DNA of 64,000 nt from Histomonas meleagridis 2922-C6/04-290x (lineage: Eukaryota; Protista; Parabasalia): positions 434,001 through 498,000 of the forward strand of contig JAANOX010000153.1 in NCBI GenBank assembly GCA_020184695.1, in the 5' to 3' direction. The notes under the pieces are model-generated. The model saw only the letters and a program-made list of their open reading frames with translations. It made no database searches and was not told the origin of the DNA. Made by a program: the position numbers and the translations under genes. Of this stretch, positions 55,273 through 64,000 are shown one piece after another (position 1 is the first letter of the stretch; every line of letters starts with the position of its first letter).

Positions 55273-56373
55273 TTAGAATCTGTGAAGCGACCAAACAGAA
55301 ACAACACCATCTTCGCTGTAAGTCAAGATCTTCTGAGATATATCATTCATAAATAATGCTCCATATATGAATCCGCCGACGTCTTCTAGCATCTGTGGCA
55401 CACATCCAGCTGCGCCATCGCAGAAGACTGCAGTTTTACCTCCACATACAGTTGCATGATTACCTTCAAACAAAAGGCTCTTATCATTGATACTAGCCCT
55501 GCAACCAAATCTCCCAGGAGCGTCATTCTTCAAATCTACCTGGTTGACTTCATTTCCAATGATCAACATTTTATGTGGAGATGTGACTGTTGAAGCAATA
55601 CACCTTCCAGAGTCAAGGACCCGAGAAAGGGAACTAATTGGTCCACCTGCAAGATCAATATGTGCAATTCTTCCCGATTGAAGATTTCTTTTGTCAAAAA
55701 TATTGATAAAACCGTCGTAACCGCCGAAGATGATGTAATCTTTGAACAAAGTTACTGCTGTAGTTGGGCTATCAGATGGTATTGTGACTGGTGTATCTCG
55801 GCGCTTGTCAATCCAATATATCTTGTCTCCAGATGCAGCAAAAATGGTGTTTAAATCATCTGCATTTCCACATACTGAATGTGCAAGACCATTAGTTTCG
55901 AAATCTTGACTAGTGCCAGAATGGACATCCCATATCTTGATCAATTTATCAAACCCACAAGATACAAGTCCAATATTACTCCAATGGACATCACGGCATG
56001 CAAGTGAATGTCCTGGTAAAACAAATGATGTTTTGAGATCTGATGTCATGATTGTGATTGATCCTGAGAGTGATGCGAGAGCAATGTTTTCGTCTTTAGG
56101 ACTCATAGAAGCAGAATATATTGCACCACCTGGAATAATTAAACTTTCGGTTTGAGCAAAACGAAATGGATTTGCTGCGGCAGAAGAGAGCCTTCGATAC
56201 TTTAAAGTTTCTGATGAAAGAGAGGCTTTCATTCCAAGATCATCTGAAATTGCATTTAAAGTGTTAATTTGTACATAAAGTTCCATCAAGCGTTCTCGGA
56301 GCCTTCTGTTTTCTGTTTGAAGACTCTTGTTTTTCTCTGAGAGATTCTGGGATTGGTCCATCCCCAAATTCAT
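55273..56373 (-). CDS. WD40-repeat protein with N-terminal coiled coil
   Basis: GHSLACRDVHW, SCGFDKLIKIWD, TYSEDGVVSVW; Inr TCACTT upstream. Confidence 0.85.
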   Translation of the reverse strand: MNLGMDQSQNLSEKNKSLQTENRRLRERLMELYVQINTLNAISDDLGMKASLSSETLKYRRLSSAAANPFRFAQTESLIIPGGAIYSASMSPKDENIALASLSGSITIMTSDLKTSFVLPGHSLACRDVHWSNIGLVSCGFDKLIKIWDVHSGTSQDFETNGLAHSVCGNADDLNTIFAASGDKIYWIDKRRDTPVTIPSDSPTTAVTLFKDYIIFGGYDGFINIFDKRNLQSGRIAHIDLAGGPISSLSRVLDSGRCIASTVTSPHKMLIIGNEVNQVDLKNDAPGRFGCRASINDKSLLFEGNHATVCGGKTAVFCDGAAGCVPQMLEDVGGFIYGALFMNDISQKILTYSEDGVVSVWSLHRF

Positions 56374-56799
56374 TATTTTTTTATTAAAAGTGACATATGG
56401 AGGACGTTAAATTTAAAATCAAAAAAAAAAAAAAGCAACAAAACAAAATGTAATTTTTTAATATAATAATATAAATTTTAATTTTCATATATGAAAAGGA
56501 ATATAATAATTATTAAATTTTAAGATTACTAAGTTTAAATAAAATAGAAAATTAGTACATTTTTTGAGATCAATTTATTTATATCTATATTGGACCCCAA
56601 TAAAACTTAAAGAATTCCTTTTGATTGAAGTAAGAGTATGTAATTTGAATCTGAATTTCAAAAAATTTAATATTAAGTACCATTTAATACGTTTTTTCCC
56701 TATTAGTTTTTAATTTTTAACTATTCATTTAAGTTATTCATGAGAAAATTTGATTGGAATAAAAATGAATTTTGATAAAAATTAAAAAACATAGTCGTT

Positions 56800-57357
56800 T
56801 TAATTAAATATAGTTGCTGTTGGTTTCCTTGTTCCCCTTATTCTAGCTACCCTTCTTAACTGGATTCCATTTTTTGGGATTGGTACATTTGGTTTTTCCT
56901 CTATTGACGCATATTCATTATTCACCTGATCCATAAAATCTGGCTGTGAATTAAATATATTTTCTAATTCTTTCTCTTGTTTTTCTTCTTCTATGTTTTG
57001 TTGATTCTCAAGAGTTTTCCTTTTTTCTCTTATAATCTTTTTTCCGAAAGATTCACTCATAGATCTATGACGATGGTGATGGTGTCGCCGTCTATGATGA
57101 GCACCATGAGAAACGTCATCATCATTCACTGATATTTTTTCTTTGTCATCAATGTTTCCTTCATTAGAATATTTTGATTTATCATTTATGAGTAGTTGAA
57201 TATTAAAAATTCCACATGGTATTGCAATTATTATACAAGTAGATCTTAAGAAGCCTGAATCAGATAACACAGCTACAGTCAATAATGTAATAAATAAAAC
57301 TCCACTTATGTAAATAAGTAAGTTATTATTTTTTTCCTTCATCTTTTTTAAAAACAT
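56800..57357 (-). CDS. Small two-TM protein with a His/Arg-rich cytosolic region
   Basis: Two hydrophobic segments near the N-terminus, then HHRRRHHHHRHR; no family recognised. Confidence 0.6.
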   Translation of the reverse strand: MFLKKMKEKNNNLLIYISGVLFITLLTVAVLSDSGFLRSTCIIIAIPCGIFNIQLLINDKSKYSNEGNIDDKEKISVNDDDVSHGAHHRRRHHHHRHRSMSESFGKKIIREKRKTLENQQNIEEEKQEKELENIFNSQPDFMDQVNNEYASIEEKPNVPIPKNGIQLRRVARIRGTRKPTATIFN

Positions 57358-57632
57358 TTTTATATATTCTTTGATGCTTGGTTTTTTTATGCATTTCTTC
57401 TTTTATGCTCAATACATTTTTTGATTTCTAAACCTTCGTTTAAAAGTTTTTCCTTCCTGCTTTAACTAAAAATAGATTCTTACTATTAGTTTGTAAAGTT
57501 AAAAATGTAATTTCATTAAGAAGCAGTTTTAAATTTAATAGAAATAAATTTACAACATATAAGTGATAAGAGAAAATTTATATTTTGGATGAAAATTGTT
57601 TTGCGACATGTGATTTGAAAAGGTGAGATTGG

Positions 57633-60600
57633 ATGAGGGGAAGCGGTAAATCTGGAAAAGAACAAAAAATAATACTCCTAAAAAATCAGAATTTTACAGA
57701 ACTTCCAGATGGCCTTTCTGATTCACTTTATCTTGATTTAACTTCAAACTCAATATCAAGCATTAATTCCAGCTTTCCCAATCTTTCTCATTTATTTTTA
57801 ACAGCAAACCCGCTCAAATCTTTAAATTTAGGTGATTCTTCACGGCTTAGGAACTTATGTCTTGATTATTGTGAGCTTACATCTTTCCAAGGAATTCCAT
57901 TTTTACCGAATCTTATAAATTTTTCTGCTGTAGGCAACAAATTAAAAAATCTAGACAATTTACATATTTTCCCAAACCTTATTTCAATAAATCTCCAATC
58001 AAATTTAATAAATTTTGATCCTATCCTCATAATTTCCGCAGTTTCGTCACTCAAAATAACTAGTGTTAATGGCGAACCTGTAAAATCTGATCAAATAAAT
58101 CAAGCCTTTCATCTTTCACCAATTGTTGGTTATGCACTTCGAAAAGGCAGAGACCCAACACCTCAACCAGATGAGAAACATTCTTCTCTTGCATATCTCA
58201 CAAATGAACAACCTCTCCAGATCCAGAATCTTGGAGGATTCTTTATGCTTCGTTGTCCTAAAGAAGGTAACTCAGTTACTTGGTACATTTCATCTCTTAG
58301 TTCTGACGAGTGGACTCAACTTGATTGTAGTTCTCGCACATTACCAATTACGCCAGCAATGAGTCAACATTTAATACGATGCGACCTTCAAAGTGATTCT
58401 GGAATAATTTCTTTTTATACAGACGACGTACTAATGAGAGATGAATCATTGGCTGTAATTCCTTATCATGAATCTCTAAACTTTGTAGGTGACAAAACCG
58501 TCGGCTCTATCGTATCGTTATCGTCTTCACCTCATTTTTCATGTCACATTTCATGGAATTTAGGAAATAATGTTTTAGAAGAAAATTCTAAAATTTTTAT
58601 TATCCCTGATGAAGCTCAAGGGAAACTTATATCTGTTAAAGTAACGCCAATTCATCCTTCATTTCCAAATATTTTATTCTCATCATTTTCGACTGATCTT
58701 AAAATTTCAGATTCAGTTGAACTTGAGATAAACCAATTAAGCATACCAAATGTTGTTACTGAAGGTGAACCATTTGATATTACCCTTGAAACCTTTCCAG
58801 TTCAACGAACTGTTCCCATTCGTATTGAAAGTTCAGATTCATTTGTCCATGAGTTTAAGGTTATTACTACACTTAACAATGGCCTTGAATACACTCCAAC
58901 CAAGGATGATTCAAATCGTATACTTAGGGTTTCTGCCTTTGTATCTGGTCGATATTATTATTCATATACCACATCACCAGTTCAACCCATAATTTCCATA
59001 AGCAAGTCCATCATAGCTGGTTCTTATCAAACTAATCATCCACATGTTGTCCTTCTAGAATTTTCAGATGGCAATACATATCCCACATCATTTTCATGGT
59101 TTACTCAGCTCGGGTCCGAAGAGCCGAAAATATACTTACACAATGACACACAAACTTGTATACCTACGGATGATGCTGCTGATTTATATTTAGGTGTTGA
59201 AATCTTTACACATCTTAACGGGAAAGAACAACGTTATAACATAATAACACCACAGCCAATAACGTTAGATCAAAATATTATTGATGTACCACATAATGAA
59301 GAAGCAATTGAAAATGATACAATCATAATGCAAGACAATGGTAATTGGTTAATATCAGACATTGATTCACGCAATGGGTTTCAACTCATTGAAGAAAACG
59401 CAAACACTTTTATTCCTAATGAAACACAACGCGGGAAATTTTTACGATTTACGAATGATTTTATTGACATTATCTTTGGCAAAATCCATCAATCATTATC
59501 ACCAATCCAATCCATTAAACTCAAATGTTTAGATGAGCCAATTGTAGGTTCGTTGGTCCAATTAAACGTCACTTTTTACACAAAAGAAAACAATGACAGT
59601 TACGATATAAAATGGATACGTTGCAGCCGTAATAAACCTGACAAAATTATACAAGAAGAAGGACGTTTATATTGTTTAACATCACAAGACTACGGATGCA
59701 AGATTAAGGCAAGGATAATTATTGGAGAATACATCAAAGATAGTAACGTCACTCCAATGATCAAAAGAGGGCTATTCAATAGTTCAATAATTAATGGGAA
59801 ACTGATTGTTGGTAATTATTTGATTATTAATGAAAACGTTAAACCAACCAAAATCAAATGGATGCACGTAGATGATAAAATCAACGAGGTCCTAAACGAA
59901 ACAAACAGTTTCGAGCTAAAATATTTTGATATTGATCATCGAATACATTTAGAGATTGAATATAAAGGTAAAACTTATCATGAATTTACTAATATCATTG
60001 AACAAAACAATGTTTATCAAGATCAAATCATTAACATTGAACAAATATTCCACAAAATTAATCTCGAAAATGAAATCCTTTGGTTTCGTTATGACTTCCA
60101 ACATAAAAATTGGAAGAAGCTAAACACAAACAAGCTAAGTTACAGGCTCACCAAAGATGACATAGATTCCGTAATTCGTATTATTCAAATTAATGAAAAC
60201 TCCGATGAAGTTTATGCAGATATATCATCGATTTTGCCGTACTACAAAGCGCCACAAAAGCCAAAAATCGTTTTGATGAAAAATGGGAACTTGAAAATCG
60301 ATGGAAATTTCATTGAGAACAGAGTTAAGTCGATGAAATTCCAATGGAAGCATTTAACACCGAAAGGATTCGAAGTTATTAATGGTTTAAGCTCACGAAT
60401 CTTCGAAAACAAAGAAATGTTCGAAGGCGAAGAACTAATCGCTGGTTACAAGTTTGCGGAAACCAATGATTTCTATTGGTCAGAAAGTTATTTCGTAGGA
60501 TTTAATATACAAAAGCCAAAATGCATTTTGATAGAACCAAAAAAGATATTGATTGGCACAAATTTAAAGTGCAAAATTCAAAACATCAAAAAAGATTTGA

Positions 60601-61355
60601 AATGTCTTTTTGAATGGAAACGTTTTGATGGGAACGATTATTTTCCCCTCAAATGGAAGAATTCAAAGGTTTACGTCGTATCGGAAGATGATGTTGGATA
60701 CTTCATAGGTTGTGAGGTATGTTTTGTCGATGAAAATGGGAAAAAAGGTCCCCCTGAAATGGTAATGACAAGCTCAATGGTTTCGGATGAAGAAGTGTTG
60801 ACGATTAAGGGATTACCTGTTTGCGGATCAATTGTTGAAGTTCAGCCAATTGAAGAAAATTGTCTTTACCAATGGCAAAGACTAGATAATAATGAATGGA
60901 TTCCAATCAAAAATAAGACTTCTTATAGATGTTGCGTTGAAGATATTGGTCATCTTATCAGAGTTGTAAGTGCTTCAAATGAAAATGAAAAAGCAAGCCA
61001 AGAATTCGGTCCGATAGCTGTTGACAGTAACCTGAAAGTTAAAGCAAACAGCTACTTACGACGCGGCGTTTTCCAGTTTAAAGGAATCGATCAAAAGAAC
61101 GTTAACTGGCTGATTGAAACGACGGTTTCGGTTATTTCATTCAAATCCAAAACGGTCTCCAGAACATCACCATGGAATGATGTGATGATTAGGTCGTCTT
61201 CGAAATCGGGCCGCGCAATCGATATTGTTTCGGGGTCGAAATTAAAAATAACAATAATACCAAAAGTACAAAACGAAATTACTCTTAATCAAAATCAAGT
61301 CCGAGATTTATGTTTGTTAATCATGAAAACATTTAAAGCAAAAAGTAACACATAA
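57633..61355 (+). CDS. AIR9-like protein (LRR domain plus repeated A9 Ig-like domains)
   Basis: N-terminal LRRs (LYLDLTSNSI, LINFSAVGNKL), then repeated G..VG..(V/L).V...YQW.R units as in microtubule-associated AIR9. Confidence 0.7.
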   Translation: MRGSGKSGKEQKIILLKNQNFTELPDGLSDSLYLDLTSNSISSINSSFPNLSHLFLTANPLKSLNLGDSSRLRNLCLDYCELTSFQGIPFLPNLINFSAVGNKLKNLDNLHIFPNLISINLQSNLINFDPILIISAVSSLKITSVNGEPVKSDQINQAFHLSPIVGYALRKGRDPTPQPDEKHSSLAYLTNEQPLQIQNLGGFFMLRCPKEGNSVTWYISSLSSDEWTQLDCSSRTLPITPAMSQHLIRCDLQSDSGIISFYTDDVLMRDESLAVIPYHESLNFVGDKTVGSIVSLSSSPHFSCHISWNLGNNVLEENSKIFIIPDEAQGKLISVKVTPIHPSFPNILFSSFSTDLKISDSVELEINQLSIPNVVTEGEPFDITLETFPVQRTVPIRIESSDSFVHEFKVITTLNNGLEYTPTKDDSNRILRVSAFVSGRYYYSYTTSPVQPIISISKSIIAGSYQTNHPHVVLLEFSDGNTYPTSFSWFTQLGSEEPKIYLHNDTQTCIPTDDAADLYLGVEIFTHLNGKEQRYNIITPQPITLDQNIIDVPHNEEAIENDTIIMQDNGNWLISDIDSRNGFQLIEENANTFIPNETQRGKFLRFTNDFIDIIFGKIHQSLSPIQSIKLKCLDEPIVGSLVQLNVTFYTKENNDSYDIKWIRCSRNKPDKIIQEEGRLYCLTSQDYGCKIKARIIIGEYIKDSNVTPMIKRGLFNSSIINGKLIVGNYLIINENVKPTKIKWMHVDDKINEVLNETNSFELKYFDIDHRIHLEIEYKGKTYHEFTNIIEQNNVYQDQIINIEQIFHKINLENEILWFRYDFQHKNWKKLNTNKLSYRLTKDDIDSVIRIIQINENSDEVYADISSILPYYKAPQKPKIVLMKNGNLKIDGNFIENRVKSMKFQWKHLTPKGFEVINGLSSRIFENKEMFEGEELIAGYKFAETNDFYWSESYFVGFNIQKPKCILIEPKKILIGTNLKCKIQNIKKDLKCLFEWKRFDGNDYFPLKWKNSKVYVVSEDDVGYFIGCEVCFVDENGKKGPPEMVMTSSMVSDEEVLTIKGLPVCGSIVEVQPIEENCLYQWQRLDNNEWIPIKNKTSYRCCVEDIGHLIRVVSASNENEKASQEFGPIAVDSNLKVKANSYLRRGVFQFKGIDQKNVNWLIETTVSVISFKSKTVSRTSPWNDVMIRSSSKSGRAIDIVSGSKLKITIIPKVQNEITLNQNQVRDLCLLIMKTFKAKSNT

Positions 61356-62639
61356 TAATAATAAATTGTTTATAGTTATCATATTTTAAGGAATTAATTT
61401 TTTTAAAAAAATATTTTTATTAAAATTTAGAACAATTACAAAAATATATATTTTGTGTGTGTTATGTATACAAAATCTTTTTAATGTTTTCCAAAGTTGA
61501 AAGAGCTTTTGGGCGTAGAGAAGGGATGTGTAAACGGAATGCAAATTGACAGATGTTTAGTCAATTTTTTTTTTTTTGATCATAATTGTTATTTTATTAT
61601 GACTTCATTTACAAGTAATCCTGTTATAAAAGTGACATTTATTCAACCCCTATCGTTAGAGGCACCCTGTCAATTTTGTTCTATTTTTGCCCAAAATTAA
61701 AAAAAGAGTAGTGTAAGCAAAAAAAACTCCCAAAAAATGAACCTTATCCTTAATAAAATCAAACCAAATTTTTACTATGTGATAGAGGTACCTTAATAAA
61801 TATAATTTTGTAATTTTTTTAAAAAAAAATCGCAAATTTCCTGATTTTTTTTGAAATTCTCAAAATATTGAAATATTTTTATTATAATTAAATATTTTGG
61901 TTAATTTATTATTATCAATTAATAGTAAAGTTAAAATGGAATTGTTTCATATAAAATTTTACAACATGTTAAATTTTTTTCTCATATGACATTATTTCGA
62001 TTCGTTACAAAAAATTCCACAATGATATTTAAAAATTTGTAGTACCATTAAATAGAATACAATCAATATTTTGTATTTATAAAGGTTTTATCAAAATTCC
62101 TTCGTTCATTTTAGAGAAATTTTACATTTAAGGAACAACAAATTTCAATATAATAATGCGATATGTGAACTGAAAAACATGTTCAAATATCACAAAAACA
62201 TGAAAAAAAAGATTATAATGAAATTAATGTATACTCTGTTTCATACAAATCAGAAGAATTTCAATAATTGAATAAAGTTATTCATTAAAATAATGCAATT
62301 TAAATAAGAAATGCAATTATTGTAAATTTTGATAAAAATAGAAAATAAATTGTATTTAGTGTAATTACATCAGCAACTTCAATTTGGGAGCATGTGTTGA
62401 ATAATTTTTACATAAAATGATTATGTTATATCAACAAAAATGAACAAAAGGTTTTAGCAACATGTTTCTTTGTGATGCGGTTTTTAAGTTGACTTTTTGT
62501 GTGTGATGTTAACTTTTTGTAAGCTCATTCAAATATTTGAAATCAAAAAACAAAAATATCCAAAAAATATTTGAATGAATTCATTTAAAGACATGTGACA
62601 TATGGTTTAACCCCTATGTTTATTAATATTTTTAAAATA

Positions 62640-63880
62640 TATATAAATCCCATTGTGGAATTTTTCGCTTACTTTACTATTAAAAAACATCAAATTTAAT
62701 TAATTCCCAAATATAATTTAAAAATTAAAAATTATTAAAACAAACAAAAAATAGAACAAATAAATATCTTTAGCATTAATATCAATTCCTTTTTGCTATA
62801 AAATGTATGTAACAAGTTCAATATTTCCTGAAAATAAAGCAAAAACTAAAATATTTTCTGGAAGTTGATTATTTTTTAGGAAATATTTTACAAGAAAAAA
62901 ATTTCCAATTTTTGCTGCTTTATTTATGATATGTTCATTATTTTTCATTTCTTCTTTTTCATTTATTCTTTTTCCAAATATGTAAAAATTTCATAATTAA
63001 AATATGAAACACATTTTTTCCCTAATTTTTTTAAAATATTAATATCTTGGATTTTATTTTCATATAGATAATGAAAAATGTAATTTCGATGAAACTTAAT
63101 TACTGTTTTATATGCATTTTCAAATGACGAATGATTTTGCTCACATAAATGAATAATTTCTTCATTTCCTCCTGTAACTGCATGTTTACCTGTGTTATAT
63201 ACATTAGCACCATTCATAAGTAAATATTTAAAACATTTAACTGCAGAAAAAAATGCTGCATAATCGATTAATGTAACATATTTTTTATTAATAAATGAAC
63301 ATCTTTCATAAAGTGATGGTTCAATAAATTGATTAAAATCAAAATTTGTTTGTGATGATATTTCTTGAAGTTTTTCTATTTCATCATTACGAATTATTTT
63401 CGCAATAACATTAGGATTAACTCCTTCTTTAGTTAATTGCTTATGAAGTTCCCAATCATTCTTCGAAAGTTCTTTATAAGCAATATTTTCCTGATCAAAT
63501 AAAGATTTAATATATAAATTAATATTTTATTTATCTTGATTAATATGAACAAAAAATGGTTTACGTATATTTTGAATGATTTTTGATTCAAGTAAATTAT
63601 GCTTAATCATGTAATTAAGTAAATAAAATGATTCTTGTGTGTTTTCTTTTAAGAAGAAATTGAGAAAATAAATTTATTATTTTTGAGTCGATTTTATTAT
63701 TTACTTCATATTTTTCAATTTCCTGTAATAATCTCAAATATATACCAAAATATTATTATCAATCAGAAGAGATGTATATATCATTCTACTCATAATTATA
63801 TCATAAGATATTGGATATTTTTTACAAAATTTGCTGAAAATAAAATTTGATGATTGAGCAAAATTATCTATTATCATATT
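62640..63880 (-). pseudogene. DUF3447-ankyrin pseudogene
   Basis: DUF3447 motifs at about 62960-63500, upstream frameshifts, and one ankyrin segment (KGIDINAKD) followed by the family spacer at 62686-62765. Boundaries approximate. Confidence 0.8.
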
Positions 63881-63886
63881 CACACG

Positions 63887-64000
63887 ATTGATAAAAACAT
63901 CAAGTATTTCGAAACGAGTGCAGAAACTAATGATGGAATTGATGTGATGTTCCAAACTATTGCAGAACAGTATTTGAATTCAAATGTAAATGAAAATACT
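63887..64000 (+). pseudogene. 5'-truncated Rab/Ras small GTPase fragment (G5 region)
   Basis: KYFETSAETNDGIDVMFQTIAEQYL from 63902; in-frame TGA at 63851 and no G1-G4 motifs upstream; runs off the window end. Confidence 0.6.

Noticed and set aside
61400-62640. Long gene-free AT-rich region with isolated GC motifs
   Set aside because: No inverted termini, ORF or RNA structure could be supported by eye.

Overview
AT-rich, gene-dense eukaryotic DNA with no recognisable canonical introns. Its gene families (DUF3447-ankyrin, BspA-like, transmembrane cyclase-like) and core-promoter motifs (Inr TCAYT, M3-like RCSGTT, M5-like CCTTT) point to a parabasalid (trichomonad) genome; the species cannot be fixed from sequence alone. 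Conserved genes: partial XPD-like helicase, histidine acid phosphatase, UPF2, HVA22/REEP, RhoGEF-Kelch, tRNA-Asp, RPS11, MON2-like, RPL3, PCYT2, EXO1, PAP2, RPS29 (missed by the ORF track), PHD protein, TVP15, RPL38, PSMA6, PLK4-like kinase, WD40 and AIR9-like. Six dispersed DUF3447-ankyrin loci and several surface-protein genes lie between them. Main observation: in the DUF3447-ankyrin loci nearly every ankyrin repeat is interrupted at the same position (between the D-equivalent codon and the TAL motif) by an AT-rich spacer, usually exactly 80 nt where about 12 nt are expected, giving a 170-nt period. The spacers break the frame or carry stops, lack the parabasalid branch/AG signal, and share position-fixed motifs, while the ankyrin segments stay open. 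This is a candidate non-canonical intron or ribosomal-bypass system; dead genes amplified by tandem duplication is the null hypothesis. All family assignments are by motif recognition, not database search.
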